25,339 nt of DNA from a virus (IMGVR_UViG_3300023256_001082:1-25339); one strand, 5' to 3'. Positions 7,919 to 16,451 are shown, counted from the first letter of the stretch. The notes: generated from the letters alone by a model not told the origin. Translations and numbers: made by a program.

Positions 7919-10188
7919 GTGTTTAACTTCTCCTTGTGCTTAGCATCACTTTCTACCTTGTCTTTTTTGATTCGATCAATTAATTCTTTTTGTCTTTTTA
8001 ATTTTTTCAAACTCTTTAATAAAGATTTTCCAGTATCTAATCCATCATCCACTTTAACCATTTTAGCAAAATCAACTAACTCTTTAATATGAGCTCCTGA
8101 ATATCCATTTGTATTATCCAATATAGATTTCATTAAACTATCCTCTATTTTTTCTTCAGTCCATTTAGAAATCATAGCTTTCCGCATATCTCTAGTTGGT
8201 AAAGAGAATTCTAATACATCATGAAATCTTCCAGGTCTATCTAACAAAGCATCAGGAAATTCTTCGGGATTATTAGAAGTAAGAATTGTTATCATTCCAT
8301 CATTACCTTTTAATCCATCCATCTCTGTTTTCAATAAATCCATAGAATAAGATTTTAACCATGTATCTATGTCTTCCATAAATAATATTGCTGGTGTCAA
8401 TTTTCTAGCCAAACTAAATGCCATTTTTAAAGCAGTAAGTGGACCAATTTTGTCAAAATCTCTACTCGATACCCAAATAAATGTAGCATCTTTTAAAGTA
8501 TTCATTAAAACTTTCCCAGTTTTAGTCTTTCCAGTTCCAGGCTTTCCAACAAACATCATTCCTCTACTCAACGCATTCTCACCCTTAGCATTTAATTGAT
8601 TTACAGATTTCTTGATACTATCCATTACTTCACTATCCAATATCAAGTCATCAAACACATCACTTGTTTTTTTAAGAAAATCACCACTTAATCCAAATAT
8701 CTCTCCTCTTAAGAAATTATTTTTATTAGTCCATTCATGAACTTTATTTAATAACTCCTTATTCCAATCTTTGTCTTCAATTGTACTTAATAATTGAATT
8801 TGAAGACTATACATGCTTGGTTGAATTTTCATTATAACCTTATTATACCCATCAACTTTATAAAAACTTGTTCCATTAACTAGGAAATCATTAGATTTTT
8901 GAGAATTAAGCTTTATAGTCTCATATTCCAAAGGTACTTCCTTTCCACTATAAGTAAAGTTTCTACAATCAGCTAATTCAAATTCAGACAAAATCTTCTT
9001 AAATCCAGACAAGTAAGTTCCCATCATTGGACTTGGAATTTCGTAACTATTTTGATAGATTTTCTTTACATCGCAATTTAAAAATCTACTAAACATTTCG
9101 TACTCAAAACTAGCCGCTACACTTTCAACCGACTCAACATCAAAGTTTGAAGAAAGACTTAAATTCCATCTAACTCCTTTTTCTTTTATATCATCAGTAC
9201 CTTCTCCAAATGAATATTGAGTTACCTCTTCGAATGATTTTGAAGCTACATGGAATGATCCACCCTTGGCCTGACAATGGCTTCTTGCTGAAGAAGCATT
9301 CCAAGCATCTTTCTTATACCTCATTGATTGTAATTCAGATTTTCCATCCTTAATACCATAAATATGTGCTATACATTTTCCACTACTCTTAACCGCACAA
9401 TTTTTTCTAGCAAATCTATCATATCCACTAGGTGAAGATAATCTACAAGAATGCTCACTTGGATATGGTTTTGATAATTCATCAGATTTCTCAACCTTAG
9501 TTAAGCCTTTTTGTCTGTCAAAAGAAACCACATATCCCTTTTTAGCCAATTTCTCTTCAATTTCTTTAGCTCTATGATCCAAACTATCTACAATTTTATG
9601 TTTTAACTTTCTTCCCAATATCTCTCTTCTAAAAAGAATATGATATTTGATACATTCATCAGAAGGAGCACTCAAGGTATTCCAAAGTCCATGAATTAAG
9701 TCATGTCCTCTCATTAAATCTGCATTTTTGAACTCAGATGGATCTCCGATATCAACATTCTTAAAAACTACACTATCCAACCAAGAATAAACACCATCTG
9801 GCTTAATAATCTTTTTAGGAGGATCAAATTTAGAAATTATCTCAACAGAGTAATAATAGAAGGTTTCTTCATATGGCCACCACAATTTACGCTCTTTTTC
9901 TGATATTTTATGGAATTTTGCCAAATTTTTGAACTCTTTTGTGTTAATTTCCTTAGCTGGTTTTATTCTAATTATGGCCAAAGCAACCTCGTCCTCAATA
10001 AGATATATAGGAATATCAATATATTTTGCAAATTTCTCACAAGTTACTATGGCTTTTTTTTCTTTTTCCCAAATCATAGTCCCATAAGGCTTCAAAAGTA
10101 TCTTTCCAGGTAAAAAAATTCTCTTCCCTGGCTCTAAAAGATCAGGAATATCTGATGGAACTACCATTTTTTTTGTTTGATTAATCAT
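7915..10188 (-). CDS. Multidomain protein with C-terminal classical AAA+ ATPase
   Basis: Walker A GKPGTGKT, Walker B ILFMEDID, SRH TSNNPEEFPDALLDRPGRF. The N-terminal ~500 aa are not confidently assigned. Confidence 0.85.
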   Translation of the reverse strand: MINQTKKMVVPSDIPDLLEPGKRIFLPGKILLKPYGTMIWEKEKKAIVTCEKFAKYIDIPIYLIEDEVALAIIRIKPAKEINTKEFKNLAKFHKISEKERKLWWPYEETFYYYSVEIISKFDPPKKIIKPDGVYSWLDSVVFKNVDIGDPSEFKNADLMRGHDLIHGLWNTLSAPSDECIKYHILFRREILGRKLKHKIVDSLDHRAKEIEEKLAKKGYVVSFDRQKGLTKVEKSDELSKPYPSEHSCRLSSPSGYDRFARKNCAVKSSGKCIAHIYGIKDGKSELQSMRYKKDAWNASSARSHCQAKGGSFHVASKSFEEVTQYSFGEGTDDIKEKGVRWNLSLSSNFDVESVESVAASFEYEMFSRFLNCDVKKIYQNSYEIPSPMMGTYLSGFKKILSEFELADCRNFTYSGKEVPLEYETIKLNSQKSNDFLVNGTSFYKVDGYNKVIMKIQPSMYSLQIQLLSTIEDKDWNKELLNKVHEWTNKNNFLRGEIFGLSGDFLKKTSDVFDDLILDSEVMDSIKKSVNQLNAKGENALSRGMMFVGKPGTGKTKTGKVLMNTLKDATFIWVSSRDFDKIGPLTALKMAFSLARKLTPAILFMEDIDTWLKSYSMDLLKTEMDGLKGNDGMITILTSNNPEEFPDALLDRPGRFHDVLEFSLPTRDMRKAMISKWTEEKIEDSLMKSILDNTNGYSGAHIKELVDFAKMVKVDDGLDTGKSLLKSLKKLKRQKELIDRIKKDKVESDAKHKEKLNT

Positions 10189-10303
10189 CTTTCTTTACTT
10201 TAATTTCAAGAGGCCAACTACATTTTTTACAATGTGAGTATTCTTCTTTATTTTTTGTCCCACACTTAGGACATTTTTTTCTGTTCTCGTTTGCAGATGA
10301 CAT
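10181..10303 (-). CDS. 40-aa zinc-ribbon protein
   Basis: Manual translation MSSANENRKKCPKCGTKNKEEYSHCKKCSWPLEIKVKKDD. It fills the portal-AAA gap and overlaps both neighbours. Confidence 0.7.
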   Translation of the reverse strand: MSSANENRKKCPKCGTKNKEEYSHCKKCSWPLEIKVKKDD

Positions 10304-11789
10304 CTGTGAATTTTTCACCTAATGCGAAACATTTATCTTCAAAATTAGGTTGAATTTTTAAATTTAATAATTGCTCCCTAAGTTTTTTTGGAGTTTTAGG
10401 AGCATCAATCTCCATTTGGTCGGCTTTTGATTTCTTACCTTGCTCAAAAGCAAGAAGTGCTTTTTTATTTTCATCTTCTTTTTCATCTTCTTTTTCATCA
10501 TTTTTCTTTCCAGTTCCATCGTTTACCCATTTCAATTTTAAAGTTTTCGATGCTTCTGTAATAACTTCTTGAATAAATCCATCAGGAAGATCATATCCAG
10601 TTTTCATAATTTGACTAAATACATCTCTTAGGAATGCGACAGATGCATCTGCAAGTTTTTCAAATTTTATCTTAGGATAAACACCAGTTCCATAATTCCA
10701 ATCTATGAGAGGAGCTACTGCATAAGTATTAAGAGTGGCTTCCATTTGTTTCATTATAGATGCGATAGCTAAATCCACATATTGAGAAGCAGGAGTTCCT
10801 TTTCCATAAGGATAAGCATATTTAACCTGATCTAAAACTTGAACTAATGCAGATTTTGACATTTGATTATTATGATGATTTATAAGTGGCATTGGATCAA
10901 ATCCTCCCTCTCCACCTCTTTCAATCTCTAATTCAAGACCAGGTGGTAGTGTTACTCTAGTATTAACACCAATAGTATCTATTACTCCTTCTGCAGTTTC
11001 TCTTTCTTCTGCAGTGGTAGTTTGATTAATTTTTAAAATCTTTAAACCTGTAGTATCTATTTCAGCTTTTTTGTGAGAAATATAATATAGTTTGTGTTTT
11101 TTGTCATAATGATAATAAGCAGTTTTTAAAATAGATTCTCCATAAAGCCAATGTTTTTCCTTTTGAAATGTAAACAACATACATTTCTCTGGAGGAATGG
11201 CAACATCTTTTGTTTCTGATCCCAAGGTTGCACTCTGATAAACTCCCTTGAAACCACCATGTTCATCAGCTTTTAACTGAACAGTTTGAGCATCTCTTGG
11301 AGCCAACTTTCTCCAACTAACCTTTCCCTTATACTTTCCTTTTTCAATAATCTGAGCAACCTTTTCATAGACTCGAAAACCTTCAAAAATACCTCTAGTC
11401 ATATCGGCAACAATAAAAGGAAGCGGTGTAGTCATACCGCCCAAATTTGGAGGAGAAAAAAATGCAGTTTCGATAAAATCTCTTTCACCTTTATCACCTT
11501 CTGCAGGCTCTACATAAAGTGGAGTCGAAACTATTGGCAGAGTTAAAAGTCTAACTATTGCTTGAACTTCACCATCATTTCTTTGCATTTCAATATAATC
11601 TTCTGGTTTTAATTCATCAGGATTTTCTTCTGTTTCATAAGTACCGATAACTCCCTCCCTACCGATTCCTAACTCTTTTGTAAACTCAGCAATGCTCAAT
11701 ACCTTTTTAGTATCAACTTTTTTCTCTACTTCTTCCTTTTTTGGTTTTCTTTTTAAAAAACTAAAGAATGGCACAGTTTTAAAATGCAC
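10266..11789 (-). CDS. Portal protein, DUF935/Mu gp29-like
   Basis: 507 aa with GFRVYEKV, IPPEKC, LYGESILKTAYYHY, PLIDWNYG and YPKIKF; first gene of the head module. GTG at 11774 is an alternative start. Confidence 0.8.
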   Translation of the reverse strand: MHFKTVPFFSFLKRKPKKEEVEKKVDTKKVLSIAEFTKELGIGREGVIGTYETEENPDELKPEDYIEMQRNDGEVQAIVRLLTLPIVSTPLYVEPAEGDKGERDFIETAFFSPPNLGGMTTPLPFIVADMTRGIFEGFRVYEKVAQIIEKGKYKGKVSWRKLAPRDAQTVQLKADEHGGFKGVYQSATLGSETKDVAIPPEKCMLFTFQKEKHWLYGESILKTAYYHYDKKHKLYYISHKKAEIDTTGLKILKINQTTTAEERETAEGVIDTIGVNTRVTLPPGLELEIERGGEGGFDPMPLINHHNNQMSKSALVQVLDQVKYAYPYGKGTPASQYVDLAIASIMKQMEATLNTYAVAPLIDWNYGTGVYPKIKFEKLADASVAFLRDVFSQIMKTGYDLPDGFIQEVITEASKTLKLKWVNDGTGKKNDEKEDEKEDENKKALLAFEQGKKSKADQMEIDAPKTPKKLREQLLNLKIQPNFEDKCFALGEKFTDVICKREQKKMS

Positions 11790-11819
11790 CCAGGTTCAAC
11801 CTCCAGAGCATAAAATGCT

Positions 11820-11992
11820 ATATCGGCTTTAAGCAGAGACATAACATGTTTAAGCCTTGCGGACATAAACTATTACCGAGTCTACGGTGGACATAACATA
11901 TTCTGGTTCAGTCTCTGCTTTGAGCTAGTGTTTATACACTACACTAAATAGGTGAACCTCCATCATGTTATGTTCCTGCTTAAAACCAATAT
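11820..11992 (-). ncRNA. Candidate structured cis-regulatory RNA in the portal leader
   Basis: 28-bp closing stem 11821-11848/11964-11991 with 24 WC pairs; 3 of the 4 other pairs are G-U on the minus strand. Internal hairpins are present. Confidence 0.55.
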
Positions 11993-12035
11993 CTAATCCA
12001 TGGACACTTCGTCAAGTTTTAGCACAAAAATTTGT

Positions 12036-12404
12036 TTATAATATCTTAATTAGTTCGTCCATTAAATCAATAAAGTTTCCAACTGTTTTTAATTGAACTA
12101 ACTTCTTGTCTTTGAGAATCTTGATTATCTCAAATGCTTGTTTGGCTTTATCTTTAGCTCGTTCCTGTAAATATACAGGATAACTTTCTCTAATTACTAT
12201 TGGATAATAATAATCTTGATAATAATGCCAACAAGTACAATTGTCAGTATAAGTAGCATGATTTCCTAAATCCGCTATATCGCCCGTGTCAGGAAGAGTT
12301 TGTAGAAAATTAATTGTTCCAGCACTATCCATATTTGAATCAGAAATATTTAAATTATCATCTACTGAACAATTAAGTGTGTTCATCACTTGTTCTTTAT
12401 CCAT
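12036..12404 (-). CDS. Hypothetical protein
   Basis: ORF track 12036-12434; ATG at 12404 preceded by an A-rich leader is preferred. Confidence 0.7.
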   Translation of the reverse strand: MDKEQVMNTLNCSVDDNLNISDSNMDSAGTINFLQTLPDTGDIADLGNHATYTDNCTCWHYYQDYYYPIVIRESYPVYLQERAKDKAKQAFEIIKILKDKKLVQLKTVGNFIDLMDELIKIL

Positions 12405-12534
12405 ATTTTTTTCAACTAACGGGTGTATTACCAACCGAGAGTTGTAGTTAATATTTTGTACTAAATGTTAAAGAACTTGACTTCGTGCTCATGGATTGTC
12501 AATTGTTGAAATAAAAAAGGAACTAACTTAAATA

Positions 12535-12981
12535 TTAAGCAGTTCCAACAAGCCCTTTAATGGTCGCAATGCTATTTGCGGGATCACCATTACCGATAAG
12601 CATAATTTTGATATACTTGTCCATTATCGGTACTATCAATCTATATGTGCCTGAGGCAGAATATCTATGGCTTAACATCGAATCTGTGCTAACTCCAGCA
12701 GTAACAGAAGAACCAACTTCCTGATACCAAAGTGCTGCTGCTACAAGTGTTGTTGTTGCATTATCAGTGAAATATATCTTCAAGTCCATACTACTTGATG
12801 ATCCCAAACTGAGATAAATATACAACACCAAATAGTTACAATCTTCTGCATCAATAGCTTCATTGTCTTCATCATCATCACTAGTAGACAAAATAGCAGT
12901 CCCATTAGTAAAATCATTAGGTAAGACAGCATTCCAAAGCTCGTATTCCCTATGTATATAAAAATGTGATATAGATGGCAT
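12535..12981 (-). CDS. Hypothetical protein, possibly a beta-rich virion protein
   Basis: 148 aa, Ser/Thr/Ala-rich with alternating hydrophobic strands; first gene of the leftward operon. Confidence 0.7.
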   Translation of the reverse strand: MPSISHFYIHREYELWNAVLPNDFTNGTAILSTSDDDEDNEAIDAEDCNYLVLYIYLSLGSSSSMDLKIYFTDNATTTLVAAALWYQEVGSSVTAGVSTDSMLSHRYSASGTYRLIVPIMDKYIKIMLIGNGDPANSIATIKGLVGTA

Positions 12982-12989
12982 ATTATTTA

Positions 12990-13018
12990 ATTATTACTTA
13001 TTAAAAACTTAGTGTCAA
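12990..13018 (-). promoter_or_regulatory. Sigma70-type promoter candidate, near-leaderless
   Basis: TTGACA-17-AATAAT, with the ATG 8 nt after the -10 box. Confidence 0.4.
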
Positions 13019-13159
13019 GTGTAAAATAGGGAAGCTGACTGCTTTAGCCGCTTTATATTTTATATGTGTGTGACTTATTGCAAGCCAGCTCCCTTTCTCC
13101 CAAGGGAGAATTATCATGTGTCTATAATAATTTTCCCCCATTAAATGAACTATTATTGG

Positions 13160-13188
13160 AATATAACATTACTGAAACATAAGGTCAA
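13160..13188 (-). promoter_or_regulatory. Leftward sigma70-type promoter
   Basis: TTGACC-17-TATATT with extended TG. Confidence 0.55.
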
Positions 13189-13279
13189 GTGTTTGTAAAT
13201 CTGCGAGTTTCAGAAAAAAAATTATAAAAATTTTGCCCTATACTATATATAGAAAAGACATAGAGATAACAAGGGGTTG

Positions 13280-13293
13280 TGAACCTAGGTTCA
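13280..13293. promoter_or_regulatory. Perfect palindrome TGAACCTAGGTTCA (operator candidate)
   Basis: Lies just downstream of the 13312-13339 leftward promoter; related copies occur elsewhere. Confidence 0.6.
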
Positions 13294-13311
13294 TATATAT
13301 AGTGTGTTTAT

Positions 13312-13339
13312 ATTATAACAGTATATAGGTAGATGTCAA
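13312..13339 (-). promoter_or_regulatory. Leftward consensus sigma70 promoter
   Basis: TTGACA-16-TATAAT with extended TG. Confidence 0.65.
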
Positions 13340-13459
13340 GAGTTAAGTTTAAAGCGAGTTTTGGGATTTTTATGTAGGTTGGGAGATACAGGGAGTATCC
13401 TTTAATCTATATTTATTTTTTTTTATCCCTTTTTATAACTAGTTGAATTGCTAGGGGGT

Positions 13460-13489
13460 GGCTTGGGCTTGAGCTTGGGCTTGAGCTTG
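13460..13489 (+). repeat. 5 x (G/A)GCTTG tandem hexamer
   Basis: ggcttg ggcttg agcttg ggcttg agcttg. Confidence 0.9.
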
Positions 13490-13507
13490 TTTTAACTTGA
13501 TCAATAG

Positions 13508-13565
13508 TTTTCCACAAGTCAATTTTGTTTGACTACTTGACAGGGGGGGGTGATTTTGGTATTAT
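13508..13565 (+). promoter_or_regulatory. DnaA box plus rightward early promoter
   Basis: TTTTCCACA at 13508-13516; TTGACA(13537)-17 nt including G8-TATTAT with extended TG. Confidence 0.7.
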
Positions 13566-13605
13566 TAACTATGGAGGGTATAACTATTTTATACCATTAA
13601 AAAAG

Positions 13606-13633
13606 TTTGCTGGAACTTTTAAAAATAAATATG
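13606..13633 (+). repeat. 28-nt leader repeat copy 1 (TTTGCTGGAACTTTWAAAAATAAATATG)
   Basis: Copies at 14344-14371 and 15313-15340 differ by one base; each ends in a start codon. Confidence 0.95.
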
Positions 13634-13837
13634 ACTAAAAAAGATTATGTTAAAATCGCTTCTATTATTAAGGAGGCGTGGAATAAAACAACCGATAAAC
13701 AGGCAGTAAGGCATATAATAACTGGACTAGAAAAAATATTTTCTGATGATAATGAAAGATTTGATATTGAAAGATTTGAAAAAGCCATTGACGATAAACC
13801 GATTATAAACTTTAATTTTTTAAAAGAAAATGATTAA
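13631..13837 (+). CDS. Hypothetical early protein
   Basis: MTKKDYVKIA..FSDDNERFDIERF. Start reassigned to the ATG of the leader repeat. Confidence 0.8.
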   Translation: MTKKDYVKIASIIKEAWNKTTDKQAVRHIITGLEKIFSDDNERFDIERFEKAIDDKPIINFNFLKEND

Positions 13838-13991
13838 GAAAATAAACTGGTCAATGATCCAAAAAGAAAAAAGAGCCAAAGAGATAAGAGATAAAATAAA
13901 GTTGGTTGCTTGTTGGTCCAGTCTGGTATGCTTGGCTATTATCTTGCTTCCTATAATATGGTTGTGCTTGGTTCTCTTGTTAAGTATTTGA
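13830..13991 (+). CDS. 53-aa membrane protein
   Basis: Manual translation MIKKINWSMIQKEKRAKEIRDKIKLVACWSSLVCLAIILLPIIWLCLVLLLSI. Confidence 0.65.
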   Translation: MIKKINWSMIQKEKRAKEIRDKIKLVACWSSLVCLAIILLPIIWLCLVLLLSI

Positions 13992-14044
13992 GATTTTTTA
14001 AGGGGTATTATACCAGCTTTATAATATCTCTTATAAAGATTTTA
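13989..14044 (+). other. Stop-codon-anchored stem-loop, loop CCAGCTT
   Basis: Stem 14001-14012/14020-14031 with two G-U pairs. Confidence 0.75.
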
Positions 14045-14101
14045 AAGTAAGTTAAAAAATATAATAACCCTAGCCGAATAAATAAGGTAAGGGGAAATAA
14101 T

Positions 14102-14275
14102 ATGGAAAAAATAGAAGGGGCAGAGTATAGCATAACATCAATAGATAATTATAATGCCTATGAGCTAGAGGGTAATAATAATTATTTAAATGATGTAAAT
14201 GTTAGTAATCTAAAAAAAGGTGATAAGGTGGTTATAGCTTGGGAGGGAGGAGAAAAAGAAATTAAAATTGGTTAA
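14102..14275 (+). CDS. 57-aa hypothetical protein
   Basis: Manual translation MEKIEGAEYSITSID...EIKIG; AAGGGG upstream. Confidence 0.65.
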   Translation: MEKIEGAEYSITSIDNYNAYELEGNNNYLNDVNVSNLKKGDKVVIAWEGGEKEIKIG

Positions 14276-14326
14276 TACCTTTTATCCTATCCCTAAAAAG
14301 TTTTTGGGGATAGTAAAAAGAGATTA
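14273..14326 (+). other. Stop-codon-anchored stem-loop, short loop
   Basis: CTATCCCTAAAA/TTTTGGGGATAG plus outer stem. Confidence 0.75.
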
Positions 14327-14343
14327 AAAAATTAACTAAAGTT

Positions 14344-14371
14344 TTTGCTGGAACTTTAAAAAATAAATATG
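14344..14371 (+). repeat. 28-nt leader repeat copy 2
   Basis: tttgctggaactttaaaaaataaatatg. Confidence 0.95.
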
Positions 14372-14992
14372 GAAACAATAAAAGTAGTCAATTACAAGGG
14401 TTTTGATATAAAAATATATCAAGATGATAATTTTGAAAGTCCTGAAAATTGGGATAATGAAAATGTTTTTCTAGTCAATTACCATAGGGACTTTTGTGTA
14501 AAAAATGACAAGATCATAACTGAAGATGATGTTAAAAACTGGTATACTGGTAAAAAGATAGAACAACAAAAAGATTATCATATCTTTATGTTATCAATGT
14601 TAAGCCATAGTGGAGTATGGTTATCTCTTGAAAATAATTTTGCTTGTGATGGTGGTGGTTGGGATACAAGCCATATTGGAATTGTATTGGTTAGTAAAAA
14701 AGAAGCAAGGACTAAAAAGAAAGCAAGAGAATTAGCCGAAGGACTTTTAGAAAACTGGAACGATTGTCTATCTGGAAATGTTTATGGATTTATGATAGAT
14801 GAGTTTAATGAAAGTATTTGGGGATTTTATGGGGATATTGATAAGAGTGGAATTATTGATGAAGCAAGAGGAATTATTGATTATGAAGTAAAAGAAAGGA
14901 CTAAAAAGCATTTGAAAAGATTAAAAGCATATATTGGAAATAAAGTGAGCTTGAATAAGAGAAAGCCATTAAGATCAACAATATTAGCTTAA
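14369..14992 (+). CDS. Conserved phage early hypothetical protein
   Basis: 207 aa with HSGV..WDTS..G and L.GNVYGF..ESIWGFYG motifs that I recognise from phage early regions; function unknown. Confidence 0.8.
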   Translation: METIKVVNYKGFDIKIYQDDNFESPENWDNENVFLVNYHRDFCVKNDKIITEDDVKNWYTGKKIEQQKDYHIFMLSMLSHSGVWLSLENNFACDGGGWDTSHIGIVLVSKKEARTKKKARELAEGLLENWNDCLSGNVYGFMIDEFNESIWGFYGDIDKSGIIDEARGIIDYEVKERTKKHLKRLKAYIGNKVSLNKRKPLRSTILA

Positions 14993-15056
14993 TTGTGCTT
15001 TTTGTAAGTTAGCATTATGTCCAGCAACATAGTGCTAACTACAAAGAATATAATTA
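14990..15056 (+). other. Stop-codon-anchored stem-loop, loop CCAGCA
   Basis: 14-bp stem 15007-15020/15027-15040 with one G-U pair. Confidence 0.85.
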
Positions 15057-15094
15057 AAAAGGTCAGATCATAAAAATTAAAAAAGCATAAAAAA

Positions 15095-15253
15095 ATGAAA
15101 CAAGGAATTAAAAAAAGATTAAAATATCTTAAAGAGCAGATTAAAAATGAAAATATAAGTTATGGTGAAATAGCAGAATTACAAGGACTAGCAGAACATA
15201 TTGATAAAAATGATGTTGAATTGAGAGAGTGGACAAGTGTTAAAGAGTTTTAG
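15095..15253 (+). CDS. 52-aa hypothetical protein
   Basis: Manual translation MKQGIKKRLKYLKEQIKNENISYGEIAELQGLAEHIDKNDVELREWTSVKEF. Confidence 0.7.
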   Translation: MKQGIKKRLKYLKEQIKNENISYGEIAELQGLAEHIDKNDVELREWTSVKEF

Positions 15254-15304
15254 TCGGTTGTTAGATAGCATAAAAAAGTTTTATGCTATCCATACAAAAG
15301 ATTA
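15251..15304 (+). other. Stop-codon-anchored stem-loop, short loop
   Basis: GATAGCATAAAA-AAG-TTTTATGCTATC. Confidence 0.75.
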
Positions 15305-15312
15305 ACATAGAG

Positions 15313-15340
15313 TTTGCTGGAACTTTAAAAAATAAATATG
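15313..15340 (+). repeat. 28-nt leader repeat copy 3
   Basis: tttgctggaactttaaaaaataaatatg. Confidence 0.95.
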
Positions 15341-15733
15341 AAAATAAAAGAATTAAAAAAAGCTATTTTAGATAATTACCAAAATAGCAAAAGCAGAAAA
15401 TTAGACAATTATTATTCTGATGAGATTAGAAAAGGTTTAGATGAATTATTGAATTATGCTGATGATACAGAAATTGATGTAAAAGAGATAGAAAACAATT
15501 TATCAGAAATTGAAATATCAGAATTAGCAGATAGTATGGTTGATCCATATACGGCAGATTTATTGAAATGGTATTCTGATAATTTACACAGATGTTATTA
15601 TGCTGATGATTTTATGTCAGAAATGGGTGGTAAAAACTTTATTGAGATTTTGGTGGGTGGTCAATATATGTATTATTCTGAATTGTTGAATTATGTTTTT
15701 GAATTAATAAAAGATGAGTTAGAAAAGGAATAA
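15338..15733 (+). CDS. Acidic protein, possible Ocr-like DNA mimic (antirestriction)
   Basis: ISELADSMVDPYTADLL resembles the T7 Ocr core IHMAADNAVPHYYADIF; acidic, similar size, early position. Confidence 0.5.
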   Translation: MKIKELKKAILDNYQNSKSRKLDNYYSDEIRKGLDELLNYADDTEIDVKEIENNLSEIEISELADSMVDPYTADLLKWYSDNLHRCYYADDFMSEMGGKNFIEILVGGQYMYYSELLNYVFELIKDELEKE

Positions 15734-15795
15734 TTATATTCTTTTAGATAGCATTATATCCAGCAATATAGTGCTATCTGAAAAGGATAGAATTA
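15731..15795 (+). other. Stop-codon-anchored stem-loop, loop CCAGCA
   Basis: 14-bp stem 15746-15759/15766-15779 with one G-U pair. Confidence 0.85.
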
Positions 15796-15844
15796 GATCG
15801 TTTAAGAATAGAATAAATAAGCAAAAACTATTAAATAAATTGCT

Positions 15845-15910
15845 TAATTTGTAATAAGTGTCTATAAATACTTGGTCGTTTAAAAAAGAGTATTTGTAGA
15901 TAGCAAGTTA
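15845..15910 (+). other. Same-type stem-loop with no ORF in front of it
   Basis: TCTATAAATACTT/GAGTATTTGTAGA plus outer TAATTTGT/GCAAGTTA. Confidence 0.65.
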
Positions 15911-16004
15911 TAAATTAAGGTTGACAATCTATTTTCTATCCCCTTATAAAATGTTTGATTAAGGATTAAAAGGTCGGATTATTAAAAATTAAAAGTTAAA
16001 AGTT

Positions 16005-16196
16005 ATGATAACAAAAACAGAAGTCCATAGAGGATTTATTGGAAACAAAAAGGGTTGGGCTTTTTCCGTATATTTTAATAATGCGAATTATCCCAATTTA
16101 ATATCGGCTCTTTTTAAAACTAAAAGAGAAACAAAATCAGAGCTTGAAAGATATCTTGGAACAGGAGAGTATAAAACTTATGGTAGTGCGGAATAA
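16005..16196 (+). CDS. Hypothetical protein
   Basis: ORF track; followed by a perfect 15-bp hairpin at 16197-16231. Confidence 0.7.
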   Translation: MITKTEVHRGFIGNKKGWAFSVYFNNANYPNLISALFKTKRETKSELERYLGTGEYKTYGSAE

Positions 16197-16262
16197 TTTT
16201 TAGGGTATATATTTTGTATATACCCTAAAAAGCATAAAATTAATTAACCTGTTTATTAAAAA

Positions 16263-16451
16263 ATGAAAATGATAATTAAAATAGACCTAGAAAATGATTA
16301 TTGGATCATTAGATTTATTGATAATAATGGTGTAATCATTTTAGCAAAAACAAAGAATTATGAGGTTGCTAAAAGAAAGGCAGAAAAGTTTAGGAGGTAT
16401 TTAAGGGAGGGTAAATTATTAAAAGCAGAAAAGAGTATTGAAAAGTATTAA
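16263..16451 (+). CDS. Hypothetical protein
   Basis: ORF track; A-rich leader. Confidence 0.7.
   Translation: MKMIIKIDLENDYWIIRFIDNNGVIILAKTKNYEVAKRKAEKFRRYLREGKLLKAEKSIEKY

Noticed and set aside
1964-11546. Plus-strand ORFs 1964, 4455, 7306, 8369, 9910 and 11286
   Set aside because: All are antisense shadows inside well-supported minus-strand genes and have no motifs.
13606-15340. 28-nt repeats as a CRISPR array
   Set aside because: Copies are 700-1000 nt apart, separated by ORFs, and each ends in a start codon; no cas genes.
14045-16231. Kissing pairs for ORFs 14102, 15095 and 16005
   Set aside because: Their 3' hairpin loops are only 3-5 nt and I found no complement in their leaders, so they are not counted as support.
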